A stretch of DNA of 64,000 nt from Chiloscyllium plagiosum (GCF_004010195.1 NC_057718.1:2406046-2470045); one strand, 5' to 3'. Shown: positions 25,328 through 38,539, numbered from the stretch's first letter. Numbers and translations: made by a program. Notes: generated by a model from the letters alone, not told the origin.

Positions 25328-25649
25328 GTAAGTTCAAGCTCAAACCAACCTTATCTCCATTCAGTTATTGCAGTTGCTGGCCCTCAGTCCAACATTATGC
25401 TCGCTCTCTCTCTGTCACCACTGGCTTTCTCCACTGCCCAGTGTCAGTGAATGCTAACCATAGTGTATGGTCTGTGATAGCTGGGGCATTGCCTGCCTGC
25501 AGTACTGCCCTGTCAGGACAGTGGGACGACTGGCAGCTTCTTTCTATCCAGCTTCACGGTTGAACAATCACAACTTTGAAGTTCCCTCTAAAGAGCACTT
25601 ACCAACAAAGCTGAGATTCTGTCAATTAATTTCTGCAAAAAATAAATCA

Positions 25650-25990
25650 TTCCTGGAGTGTGAACACAGCTGGCAAGGTCCAGCATGTGCTGCTAATTCC
25701 TAATTGCCCTCAAACTGAAGGGGCACACTAAATGATTTCTGAGGAGGGTTTGGAGTGACATGTAGGCCAAACTGGGAACAGACGCCAGTTTTCATTCCCT
25801 TAAAGTCACTAGTGTAGCATTTACTGATAGGTTTTTACAACAATCGATGGTAGCTTAATGGTTGCTATCAGCGAGAATAGCTTGGACATTAATTGATTGA
25901 ATTGAGATTCCACCAGCTGTTGTAGTGGTATGTAAACCTGGGCTCCTAGAGCATTAGCCTGGCTTCCCACTCACCAGTACACCACCGTCT
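25650..25990 (-). mobile_element. Old SINE (SacSINE1/DeuSINE-like) in IL-17 intron 2
   Basis: Diverged antisense match to the copy at 34455-34785. Confidence 0.45.
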
Positions 25991-26040
25991 CCCCAGCACT
26001 GACAGTTAATTCACTTTTCATTTCTCTTCCTCCATTTCAG

Positions 26041-26275
26041 GCAGGACCATGATCCCAACCGTTACCCTGTCATCATCTGGAGAGCAGAATGTGTGTCCTC
26101 TCACTGCCTGAACTCTGAAGGGAAAGAGAATCTGAATCTCAACACCCGCCTCGTTAAGCAGGAGATGATCGTGCTGAAGAAAGAGAGTCATGAGAACCGA
26201 ATCACCTACCGTGCAGAGTTGGTGATGGTTCCTGTTGCCTGTATCTGTGTGCACCCAATGGTCGTCAAAACCTAA
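26041..26275 (+). CDS. IL17A/F: IL-17A/F-family cytokine, exon 3 (cystine-knot domain)
   Basis: tttcag acceptor, phase-compatible; translates (R)QDHDPNRYPVIIWRAECVSSHCLNSEGKENLNLNTRLVKQEMIVLKKESHENRITYRAELVMVPVACICVHPMVVKT*, with the IL-17 motifs DPNRYP, CxxxxC, QExxVL and CxCVxP; total CDS 495 nt = 164 aa. Confidence 0.96.
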
Positions 26276-28389
26276 AGGGATCCGATTAACAAAGGGTAAA
26301 GCCAGATGAAGCCTAACTCAACACAGTCAGTCTTTATTATTCTAAAGTATCAGTTCAGAGTGAGGAACAAAGCCATTGAAATCGCAAACTACCAGAAAGT
26401 CAGTCACATTGTTTTGAAGTACCAGCTCATTTATACTGCACGCACCCTTGCCCAGCGATACCACCCACTCCCTCACTCACACCACCCCTTCCCACCCTAC
26501 CATACTGACCAATCCCCTGCCTCATCCACAACACCCTTCCCTGCCATACCCACACCCCCACCTCTGCCCTTGTGAACTCCGCCCTCCACTCACGCCAGCT
26601 ACCAGGAAGCTCCTCCATTTTGCATGACACTTCAGCAGTTCTGGAAAATCCTCCCTCACCCACAGCAGGAGTTGTTTCGACTCTGGGTCTTTCAAAGAGT
26701 CGGAATATCCCAAATTCTCTCCTCATGCAATCGACAAACTCCCGGAAACCCAATGTCCTTTCAAATCAGAAGAACATCAAAGTTTCTTTTGGAGGAATCA
26801 TGTTAAAATTAAGAGATTCCCTCCCACCCAATTAACAGTTAGATTTTAATGGAGGGAACCATTTCCTTTAACAGTGCTAGGCTTCCCTTAGAATCAGTAT
26901 TCCTGCCTTTCCCCTATCCAAATGGGAAAGTGTCCATGTCAGGCCAGAATTAGGCCCAACCTTCATCCTCAATTGTTGTTTTTAACTAAGAGCATTGCCC
27001 TGCCCCAGTCCCTCTGGAGAAAATGTCTCCATGCCCAACACCCTTCAATACTGCCTTTCCTTTTAAGACATATGCCAATTTCAGATGGACAAAACGACAC
27101 TGTGTTTGTGACATCTGGGGTCTTGCATTTTGTGGCCCACGGCAAGTGACCGTCTCCTGGCCGACCAACCCCAGGCTCCCCTACCCCACCCAGAGGAGAG
27201 GCCTGTGCACACTGGCCTCAGACTCTGCCCGAAGTTCCCTGGGAGTGCCGATCTCACAGGATGAGGTATGTGTGAGGGACAATCCATACTGTGTTAGGCA
27301 TTGCCACTCCTTCCCGCCCAAGGGACACAGTCACTCTGTTACATTCTGTGAATGAAACATAAGAAATGGGCCGTGACTTTGAAGATGTGACAGACACAGG
27401 CCACTCGCTGCCAACCCAGTCAATGTCTGTTTCCCAGACAAGCAGCAAACCCGGGGAACAGCACAGCTGGAGTGAGCCGGATGGAAATGGGATTGCTTGG
27501 GACCCAGAGCAAGTGAAGTACAAATAACCAGTTCTGAGTGTAGCAGATGATTGAAGTACTGACCATGTCAGAGGCAAAATGGGCCTTGCTGGTAGCTGGC
27601 TGGTAAGCTCTCTCTCTGGCTTCACCTCATTGGTGAGGTTTGGGAGTGTCTGTTGGATCACTTTAGCATGGAATTGTACAATTCAGGAACCACTTGTTCC
27701 TTCTGTCATTTCTACTGTTATTTTTCCTCATTATATTAGGACCAGCAAGGGACAGATTTGCTGNNNACAGATTGTTCCAGGAGCAGTCACTTGGACTGAA
27801 TTCCCCTCAGTGTCAGCTTGCCAGCAAATCTATCAAACTGCAATATTAGCTCAGCGACACTCTAATAATTCTCTGCTTAGTTTTAATCCGTGTTCAGTGT
27901 GAATGGTGACTCTGCTCCAAGCCCAGTCACTTCCTGATACAAGCCCAACATTCCTCGATCAATAGTGTGGGAACTCGGGAAGGAGCACGGAGGGGTTTCT
28001 GTGAGGGAGCTGCCTAGGTCTCCACACCAGTGCTAATGCCTGCATGCAGAATGGTGCCTCACCGCAGTCTGTATTGTTGCTGCACAGTTGGCACCAGATA
28101 ACATTATCAGCTTGTGGGGTACGTATTCCACTGACTGCCAGTCATTAGTCAGTACCTCTCATCGCAATGTTGGTGTCTGGCACTCACCATCCAATCAATG
28201 CACTGTCCAGATGCCAGCCTTTTACCTGGTTTCCCATGGTTCGGATCAGTTGCAGTCTGGAGTTAGCCTGCTCTCTTCAATTGGGCCAATCTTGGAAGCA
28301 ATGGGCAGTTTTAAAAATGCTGGTGCAAACTGCAACAAACTTTAGCAAACAAATATAGCAGATTACGCGATGGAAATGAAATGTAAGAA

Positions 28390-28500
28390 TGTATTAAATG
28401 TGTTAATTTATTAAGTTATTTCTTTGTATTTATATAAAGATTAAATATTTCTGCCTAAAATGCCTCAACTGTACACTTTGGTTTTAAAATAAAGATTAAT
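28390..28500 (+). terminator. Probable IL-17 polyadenylation region with AU-rich elements
   Basis: First AATAAA I found after the stop is at 28488-28493; preceded by an AU-rich tract with ATTTA at 28406 and 28428 and ATTAAA at 28393 and 28440. Confidence 0.5.
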
Positions 28501-29149
28501 GCATTAATCAATCAGATTCTGGCTTTGAGCATTCGTTTCACAACCAAAGTAGAAAATCTCGGAATCACCACGAGTTCAGATTGATGAAGATGCCATCGTG
28601 GCGGTGCCAGCTCTCTGAACAAGCATCCCCCTCAGAACCATTCTCTCACCTTCATTCGGTAATCCTGCACATTCTTCCTTTGCAAACAACTGTCTAATTC
28701 CGCACTGAATCACTCAATGGACTCTGCTTTGCCCACTTCTTGCATTTGCTTCTTTCAGTAAGTAATTTAAAGCTCTCGATCTTTTCACCAATGGACACTG
28801 TTTCACCCTCTGTCCTCTGTTCAGACCTCCTGTGATTTTGAACAGTTCTCTCAACTTTCCCTTCTCCAGTATGGCAGGCACAACACCTAAAGACTATCTT
28901 CAGAAATTAATCCACACCTTTGCACAACATCACAAGCTAAACTCAAAAATTACAACACTTGGTCATTGGCCTCTCTAGTTAATGGTTACATTACACAGCC
29001 AGTCATTCTGATGTGAGACTGAGCTTCCTTGTTGAGTCACTGCAGTCTGTGTGTGGTCTACATACACTCACATCCTCTAGTAGGGGAGAATAGGACCATG
29101 GGACATAAAAGGTTTTATAAAACATAAGATGTATTTAAACATAAAAGGG

Positions 29150-30850
29150 ACATGAGGACTGGAGTGTGGCTAATGTTGTGTCTTTATTTAAGAATGGCTA
29201 TAAGGAGAAGCCTGGGAACTACAGGCCTGTGAACCTGACATCAGTGATGGGTAAGTTGATGGAGGTGATTCTGAGAGAGGGGATTAGAGAGAATAAGCAT
29301 GTCAGCAAGGTTTTGTACAAGGAAAGTCATGTCTCACAACTTGATTGAGTATTTTGAGGAAGTAACAAAAAAGGTTGATGAAGGCGGAGCAGTAGACATT
29401 GTTAACTTGGGAGTTTAGTAAAACCTTTGACAAGGTTCTGCTTGGTAGACCGATGAGTAAAGTTAGATCACATGGGATTCAGGATGAACTTGCCGACTGG
29501 ATATAAAATTGTTTTGAGGTAGGAGGCAGAGGGTGGTGGTGGAGAGTTACTTTGTAGACTGGAGGCCCGAAACCAGTGGTGTTCCACAGGGATCAGTACT
29601 GGGTTCACTTTGATTTGTCATTTATATAAACAAATTGGATGAGGATGGAGGAGGCGACATTACTACTTTTGCAGATAACACCAAAATCGGTGGGAGCGTG
29701 GACAGTGAAGAAAGTTATCTAAGATTGCAAAGAGATCTTGATTGATTGGGTCAATGGGCTTAAAAATGGCAATGGGGTTCAATCAGGATAAATGTGAGGT
29801 ATTACATTTTGATAAAACAGAGAAGGACAGGCTTTATGCAATTAATGGTAGGGCCCTGGGTAGTGTTGACAACTCAAGAGACCTCGGGGTTCACGTACAC
29901 AATTCCTTGGAATTTGTGCCATAGGGAGTCAGGGTGATTAAGAAGGTGTTTAGTACACTTGCATTCATTGCTCAGACCTTTGAGTTGACTCATTCTGTTG
30001 AGGTTGTACGGGACATATTAGCGAGGCCCCTTCTGGAGCACTGTGTGTAGTTCTGGTTGCCCAGCTATAGGGAGATTATTAAGCTGGGGAGGGTTCAGGA
30101 AAGACATATCAGGATGTTACCAGGAAGGGAGGATTTGAATTATAAAAATAGGCTGGAATAGACTGAGACTTTTTTCATTGGAGCATAGGAGATTGAGGGG
30201 TGATCTAATAGAGGTTTATAAATTATTACTGGCATAAATAAGGTGAATAGCAAAGAGTCTTTTCCCTAGGGTGGAGGAGTTCAAAACTAGAGGGCATACT
30301 TTAAGGCAAGGGGTGAAAGTTTTAAAGAGGGGCAACTTTTTTTACAGAGTGGTTCATGTGTGGAATGAACTTCCTGAGGAAGTGGTGGATGCTGGTACAG
30401 TCATAATATTTAAAAGACATTTGGATAGGTACATGAATAGGAAAGGTTTGGAGAGACATTTGGATAGGTACATGAATAGGAAAGGTTTGGAGGGATAAGG
30501 GACAAACACAGGTAAGTGGGACAAGTTTAATTTGGGAAATTGACTGGTGTAGACTAGTTGAACTGAAGGATCTGTCACTCTGTGATAGAGATGAGGAAAA
30601 TTTGCTTTTCTTAAAGGGTTATTAGCATAATGTGTGGAATTTTCTTCCCAACAAGGTACCAGAGACTGGGTCATTGATTGTATTCAAGGCTGAATTCGAT
30701 AGATCTTTGATACACAAGGGAGTTGGGAAAGTTAGAAGGTCAGACAGGAAAAGTGGGGATAAGATCACACCCAGATCAGCCACTATCTTATGTGAATGTT
30801 GGAGCAGGGAAGAAAGGCTGGATGATCCTCTCCTGCTCCCATGTTCTGAC
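29150..30850 (+). mobile_element. Decayed CR1 LINE (RT to 3' tail) plus a second tail; internal 39-bp tandem duplication at 30415-30492
   Basis: GNYRPVNLTSVMGK, KCEVLHF, WNELPEEVV. Confidence 0.88.
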
Positions 30851-31074
30851 AATGCTGTTAGGGAGGGAATTCCTGGGGTTCTCTCCTGGATTGAAGGAAT
30901 GGCAATGTATTTCCAAATTAAGATGGTGGGTGGCTTGGAGAGGAGTTTGCAAGGGGTGATGTTCTCATCTATCTGCTACCCATCCTTCTGGATGATTGGG
31001 GATGACTAACCTCCAACAACCACAACCATCTTACTATGTGTCAGGTATGACTCCAACCAGAGGAGAGTTTTAAA

Positions 31075-31365
31075 AAATTTATTCACAGGCCCTAATTTCC
31101 CAGAGGATAATTAACAGTCAACCACATTGCTGTAGGTCTGGAGTCACGAGTAGGCCAGACCAGGTAAGGACGGCAGTTTCCTTCCCTGAAGGACATTACT
31201 GAACCAGATCGGTTTTCCCTTACAATTGACAATGGATTCATGGTCAGATATTTTTCATTGAATTCAGATTCCACCATCTGCCATCACAGGATTTTAACGT
31301 AAGTCCCCAGAACATTACCTCCACCTCTGGATTAATAGTCGAGCTATAATACCACTAGGCATTAA
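31075..31365 (-). mobile_element. SacSINE1/DeuSINE-like SINE
   Basis: Antisense match to 34455-34785. Confidence 0.55.
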
Positions 31366-32629
31366 TTCCCCTTGGAAATCCCTCCAGTTTTGCTTCGGCT
31401 TCTTGAAGCCATACTCTGTCAGATGCAGTCTTGATATCAAGGACCGTCACTCTCCCCTTATATTTGTATGTCATTCATCTGTCATTGACACTGACTTAAC
31501 AAATAGCCTGACTGCCATCATCTTCACAATGATTACACTCAATTCCCTGAAATTACATTCGCCAGTAATGTAATTTCAGGTGATAGTCTATGTCTTGCTT
31601 AAGCTAAACACTGACAATTTTTGATAATCTCTTGAACAGGTAATGAAGGCTGTTAGCAACTTGTGCACTGTGTATTCCAGTCATGGATTGTGAATGAAGT
31701 AAGAAGGCATGTGATTGCAAAGTTAGGAAGAGATGTTGCAGGTTTAGAAAGTTGAGATTATAATGCGATTTATTTCCAGCGAAATGTCACTGTGTGTGTA
31801 GGAGCATTGTCTGTGGACATGTATATTTAAATAACTACTATAAACTTGCAAGTCAAGAATGCGCATTTCTGGTGCAGAAACAAGAGTCCTGTCTATTCTT
31901 AGTTTGGTCTGAAAAGTCAAAGCATTGAAAGATAACCACTGCCCGCAGCTTCACTACAATGTCTTTATAAAGGCAAATGCAACCCACCTAAGAGCATGCA
32001 AGATCTGGTTCTGATAACATCACATCCAGCCACTGGAGAAGAGAGTTGTCTGCACACTGCCATGAAAGTGTCACAGCCAGGGCTGTCATTTACGGTCAAA
32101 CCAAATGGTTCTGTTTGCAGCCAGGCCTCCTGCAAAAGACACAAAACTCAAATATAAGTATGAAAATGCGACGGCTTTGTTTGGTTATGGAGTGAATGCA
32201 GCTGAGTTTGCATAATGTACATCACTGTCCATCATACACTCTTCAAATGGTGTTAAGCTGCAAATTCCTCTTTCTCACAAACAGCTGTCTTAACTGTCCA
32301 AAGGGACTTTGGTGGGGAATAATGAAAAGGAGCACAACTTAAATTTCTCCTTAGTTTGCCTGTTCATTTAATAAAATGTCCAAGTCTGGTGGTGCACTGT
32401 TAGTGTCCCTATCTCACGGCCAGGTACCATGTGCCCTAGTGCAGTGTCACAACATGTTTGAGTAAGTTGATTTCATTTTAAAAAAGGGAAGGTCAATGCT
32501 TCCTGGTTAAACGTTGATAATCAGCCACAGATTAACTGGGTTTCAACATCACTCCAACCTCATACACTGCAAGTAGCAAGAACAAAATTACTGTGAATCC
32601 CCAGCAGAAGGCCATTCTGTCTCAGAGCA

Positions 32630-32935
32630 CAGGAGAAAGTGAGGACTGCAGGTGCTGGAGATCAGAGTCGAGAGTGTGATGCTGGAAAAGCACAGCAGGT
32701 CAGGCAGCATCTGAGGAGCAGGAGAATCAACGTTTCAGGCATAAGCCCTTCACCAGGAATGAGGCTTGTGGGTCGGGGCTCAGAGATAAATGGGAGTGGG
32801 GAGTAGGGTTGGGAGGAGGTAGTTGGGAAAGCGATAGTTGGATGAAGGTGAGGGAGAAGGTGATAGGTCAGAGGGGACAGTGATGGACGGGTGCGGAGGT
32901 GGTGCTGAGTTGAAGGCTTGGGACTGGGATAATAC
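32630..32935 (-). mobile_element. PLE terminal fragment with mutated hammerhead core
   Basis: Same family as 3415-3845; on - strand CTGGTGA-GGGC/GCCT-GAAACG. Confidence 0.6.
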
Positions 32936-33756
32936 CCCAGGAAGACCTCTCCCACCATGATCAGCACATTCAACATTTATCTATAACTTACAGTTATGTA
33001 GCTCTTCTTATGGTTTCAACTTATATTTTTATTGCAAAAAATATACTTTTTAAATAAAAAAATCTTTATGTACAGACACTGAAGCAGTTCTGTACAGTAT
33101 TTTACATGAAGAACAAACAAACACTGGAATTTGACACTACCTGCAGTTACAAAGACAGTCCAATGCATTTCTTATTTATGCAGGACAATATTTTTCACAC
33201 ATCTGAGACACCCAGAGGATCTAATAACTGAACAGACTCCCATTGTACTTTAGTAGAAAGACCTTAAATATCTTCAAATTACTTATAGTCAGTATTCGAC
33301 TGTGAAATGCAGCCATTATTATGACAAAACAGAAACGTCACCAATGACACAAACAACAAGATAAGCTGTTTTATTGTTACTGATGAATAAATAAAAACCA
33401 AAAGATCTGAGGATGCTGTTAATCAGAGACAACAACAGAAATTGCTGGAAAAGCTCAGCAGGTGTAGACAGAAATCAGAGTTAATGTTTTGGGAGAAGTC
33501 ACCCTGAAAAATAAACGTCAGCCACGATCCAGGGGCGAGCTCCTGCCATCTTCAAAGCTGCACTATGGGATGTTTCTGTACGTGTGAAGATGACATTCAA
33601 GCTATAACTCCTTCACCTGAGAGACTGAAGCGTTAAACTGTGCCATGTACAAGACAATGACAATTCAAATCTTGATGGGAACTTTGAGCATGTTAACTTG
33701 CTTGAAATCTTATCTGGGAATAAAAAATTGGTCTTAGTAAAAGTCACTGTGAAGTA

Positions 33757-34144
33757 CAGTGATTCTCCTATAACACCATTGTTGCATTCCAGTGAAATCT
33801 CGCTTAATAGAAAATCATTTAATAGAAATAATGGGGTTAGGGGCAGACCAGCATAAAATCTCACTCACGATCACTCAAAAATCACCCAAATGTTGAATGA
33901 AGGATTAAATCATATTTATTAATAAAAGTAAATTTAACACAACACATTTAAAAGATGTAAGAAAGCTGCTCTAGCAGCAGCTGACATCAGTGCATGTGCA
34001 GAACAAAGCGCACAAACCAACCCCTGCTGGAATCATGCTATTGTGAACAAAGGTAAGAGTTCTCAAAAATACCGTTCCCTAATTCTTTAGCGACATTATA
34101 GCCAAATTGTGCTGTCGAAATGCATGTATTCCCAGAACTACCTG
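33757..34144. mobile_element. Tc1/mariner-pogo(Tigger)-type MITE
   Basis: TA on both flanks; imperfect TIRs CAGTGATTCT / AGAACTACCTG; interrupts an older SINE remnant. Confidence 0.5.
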
Positions 34145-34454
34145 TAATCAAACTGTTGTGTAAATCTGTTTGATTCGCTTAGGGAAAGAAAGTGTCTTGG
34201 TTATCTACTCTGACCTGAGACCCTGAACACAATCTCACGATTGATTTAGTCAGTGAATCCATGTCTTCTTCCACCTCAACTACCTCATTTATTATTTGCC
34301 CCAGTCCAATCTGTTCTAGATTCGGAATAACTGAAATATTCCAGTACAGAATGCCATTCAGAATGCTGTGTCTGCACTGGCTCTCCAAATGAGCACTCAC
34401 ACCATACCATTCTCTTGCCCTCTCCCTGGTACGCTACACATTGCTCATTGTGAG

Positions 34455-34785
34455 GGGAGGCAATGGCCCAGTGGTAGTATTGCTAGATTGTTGATCCAGA
34501 TAATGTTCTGCCACCTGGGTTCGAATTCCACCATGGCAGATTGTGGAATATGATTTCAGTAAAAATCTGACTTTAAGAGTCTAATGAAAACCATTCATCC
34601 ATTGCCAATCATTGTGGAACAACCCATCCATTCACTAATGTCCTGTAAGGAAGGAAATGGCCATCCTTACCTGGTCTGGTCTACATGTGACTCCAGACCC
34701 ACAGCAATGGGTTGACTTTTAAATCCCAGGGCAATAAATGCTGCTTGATCAGTGACGCCCTCACCCTGTGAATGAATAAAAAAAT
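34455..34785 (+). mobile_element. SacSINE1/DeuSINE-like tRNA-derived SINE
   Basis: tRNA-like head (TGGCCCAGTGG...GGGTTCGAATTCC), conserved central body, 3' tail ending TGAATGAATAAAAAAA. Confidence 0.6.
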
Positions 34786-35389
34786 AACTGGCCAATTCTC
34801 TGCTGAGGGCCTTATCTGACTCTATCATACTCTCGGGGATTACACACTGGACCCTAATCAATCGCTGTCTGATAAAGATTTTCTTCATCACATTTGCTTC
34901 TTTTACTAATTACTTTGAATCCATGGCCTCCCATTTCCAATCCTTTCACAAGTGTAAACAGTTTCTCACTATTTACTGTGGCTACACCTTGCATGAGTTT
35001 GAGGACCTTGATTGGATCTTCTCTCTTCCTCCTTTCCTCCAATCTTCTGACTTCTCCATTCTAAATTCCTAACTGATTTTGTGCAAACTTCTTCCAAATT
35101 TATGGGGGTGCTCACCTTCAGCTTAGCCACCTGAGCTAGTTTATTACACACAGTCACATCCAGCAGCACTTTGACACGTGGGAGCTGAGTAAGACATTTG
35201 AGGGAGAAACCCTTGCTCACTCTGTCCAAACTGATAACAATCTCATTAAAATATCACAACTTGTCATTCTTAATCATCTCCTCTATCTTCAAAGTTGTTC
35301 AACAGTTTGTGGTTCATAACAGAGTTCTGATGTGACAAGGGTGTACTTAGTGAATTCAGAACACTAGGAAGCTCAGAGGGACAGAGATA

Positions 35390-37490
35390 TCATAGAACAT
35401 AGAAAAGTACAGCACAGAACAGGCCCTTTGGCCCACGGTATTGTGCAGAGGTTTAATCCTAATGTAAAGTATAATAACTTAACCTACGCACCTCTCAACT
35501 CACTGCTCTCCATGTGCATGTCTAGCAGTCACTTAAATGTCCCCAATGACTCTGCTTCCACCACCACAGCTGGCAACGCATTCCATGCATTCACAACTCT
35601 CTGCGTAAAGAACCTACCTCTGACATCTCCTTTGTACCTTCCTCCTAATATCGACTAACGACGACTCCTCGTAGCAGTCAATCCTGCCCTGGGGAAAAAT
35701 CTCTAGCTATTGACTCTATCTATTCCACTCATTATCTTGTATACCTCGATCAGGTCTCCTCCCTTCCTCCTTCTCTCCAGAGAGAAAAGTCCGAGCCGAG
35801 GTTCCCTCTAAAGCTGCTGCCATTCACCTCAAAATCATGCCCCCTTGTTATTGACCCTTCAGTTAAGGAGTGCTGCTTTTTATCCACCTTATTCATGCCC
35901 CTTATAATCTTATCCCCCTCAATCAGGTCCTTTCTCAGCCTTCTTTGCTCTGAAGAAAACATCCTGAGCTGATCCAGCCTCTCTTCATCGCTGAAATGCT
36001 CCATCGCATGTACCATCCTGGTGAACCTCCTCTGCACCCCGTCCAGTGCAATCACATCTATCCTATCATGTGGAGACCAGAACCACACACAGTCCTCCAG
36101 CTGCAGCCTAACTATAGACCTGTACAGACCCAACATCACCTCCCAGTTCTTATAGTCTGTGCTTCAAGTGATAAAGTGTCCCACCTCCCTTTGTAATGAC
36201 CCTAGTAACCTGTCTTGCAACCTTCAGGGATCTGTGCACAAGTTCCCCAGATATTAGTCAGTCTTGCGTCTGTGGTCAGCAAAGTTTTGGAAAGAATTCT
36301 GAGGGATAGGATTTATGATTATTTGGCAAAGCATAGTGTGATTAAAGGCAGTCAGCGTGGCTTTGTGAGGGGCCGCACAAATCTTATTGAGTTCTTTGAG
36401 CAGGTGTCAAGACAGGTTGATGAAGGTCAAGCAGTGGATGTGGTGTATATAGACTTCAGCAAGGCATTTGATCAGGTTCCCCGTTGTAGGCTCATTCATA
36501 ATATCAGGACATATGGGATACAGGGAGATTTGGCTATCTGGATTCAGAATTGGCTGTCTGATAGAAGGCAGAGAGTGGCTATAGATGGAAAGTATTCTGC
36601 CTGGAGGTCAGTGTTGAGTCGGGTCCCGCAGGGCTCTGTTCTTGGGTCTCTGCTCTTTGTAGTTTTTATAAGTGACTTGAATGAGGTGGTTGAGGGTGGG
36701 TTAGTAAATTTGCGGATGCCACAAAAGTTGGAGGTTTCGTCGATAGTATAGAGGGCTATTGCAGGCTGCAGCGTGACATAGACAGGATGCAGAGGTGGGC
36801 TGAGAAATGGCAGATGGAGTTCAACCTGGATAAATGCAAAGTGATGCATTTTGGAATGTCGAACGCGAATGCTGAATATAGGATTAAAGACAGGATTCAT
36901 GGCAGTGTGGAGGAACAGAGGGATCTGGGTGAGCAAGTATGTAGATCCCTCAAAATTGCCACTCAAGTCGATAGGGTTGTTAAGAAAGCATATGGTGTTT
37001 TGGCTTTCATTAACAGGGGGATCGAGTTTAAGAGCCATGAGGTTTTGCTCCAGCTCTACAAGTCCCTGGTGAGACCACACTTGGAATATTGTGTCCAGTT
37101 CTGGTCGCCCTATTATAGGAAAGATACACAGGCTTTGGAGAGGGTGCAAAGAAGGTTTACCAGGAAGAAGGGCTTATGTCGATTCTCCTGTTCCTTGGAT
37201 GCTGCCTGACCTGCTGCACTTTTCCAGCAACACATTTTCAGCTCTGATCTCCAGCATCTGCAGTCCTCACTTTCTCTCCGAAAAGAATTTTTACTCAGAG
37301 GATAGTGGGTATCTGGAATGTACTGCCTGGGAGGATAATTGAGGTGGGAAACCTAACAACCATTAAAAAGGTTGAGCAATTGAACTGTAATAACTGGGAA
37401 TTGGAACTACTGTAGGTTTTGTGAAGCTTTGGGGATACAGACTTGATGGGCTAAAAGGCCTCTTCTGTACTGAATGGTTCTATGATTTGA
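35390..37490. mobile_element. Two CR1 copies split by an inversion (35797-37165), with a PLE terminus at 37166-37279
   Basis: Younger CR1: tail on - (35390-35796), RT body on + (about 36255-37165). Older CR1: body on - (35797-36252), tail on + (37280-37490). Confidence 0.8.
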
Positions 37491-37759
37491 GATGACATTG
37501 GACTGTCTCTAGCCTCTAAATTCCATATAGTACAGACAACGGTCTTGTCTGTACTATATGATTCTAAGTAATGTGTTTTCCTTTGATATTACAACACACT
37601 AACCACTTGGATGAGTTCTGTACTAATGCAAGCAGTCCCTTTTATCAATACTGACACTCCTTCCTTATCTGTTCTTGCTCAATCTGGATCAGTTTCTATT
37701 AATTCCATGCAATACAGATGCTCCCATAAAATTATTGCTTCAAGTCCTATGCTTACCTT

Positions 37760-38320
37760 GCCTTGATTTGATTTATTATTGGCACATGTACCAAGACAGT
37801 GAAAAGTATTGATTTACATGCTAACCAGACAAATCAAGCTTACATCAGGATAATAGAACAGAATGCAGAATATAATGTTACAGCTACAGAGGTGTAGAGA
37901 AAAATCAACTCTAATATACGAGAGGAATGTTCATAAATCTGACAACGGGAGAAAGGTGTTCTCGAATGTTTGTATCTGTTATCAAACTTGTGAATCTTCT
38001 GCCAAAAGGAAGAGAGTTGAAGAGAGGATTTTTGGGGTGGTAGAATCTTTGATGATGTTGACTGCTTTACCAAGACAGTGGGAAGTATAGACGGAGTCAA
38101 TGGATGGAAGGCTGGTTTGCCTGATGGACTGGGCTGTGTTCACAACTCTCTGTAGTTTCTTGTGATCCTGGGCAGAGCAGCTGCTGTAACAAGCTGTGTT
38201 ACATGTGGATAGGATGCTTCCTATGCTGCATGTGTAAAAACTGGTAAGTCATTATGGACATGCTGAATTTCCTAAACCCCCTTAGCAGTGGCATTAGTGT
38301 ACTTTCCTGACTGTAGCTCA
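37760..38320 (-). mobile_element. Rex1/Babar-clade LINE 3' fragment
   Basis: Clearly homologous to 20560-21150. Confidence 0.7.
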
Positions 38321-38539
38321 TTGACACTGCTCACTGAAACCTCATGTTTTTAAATACAACTTACTTTATAAAAAAATCTAAGCCACTTCTACCTTCAGTC
38401 AATCCTTTCCATTAGTCGTGAATCATTTTGATTTTATTCCTTTAGTTCCCTACTCAAAGGTAAATTCCCTTAACATCAAGCAGCTTTCAACTAAATATTA
38501 AACAAGAAAGAAGGGATTGTCTTTTTAGCAAAGGCTAAA

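Noticed and set aside
27755..27775. Short duplication around NNN
   Set aside because: Likely a scaffolding artefact
34969..35229. Minus-strand ORF with a donor-like site as a possible IL-17F exon
   Set aside because: No IL-17 motifs; runs into CR1 sequence
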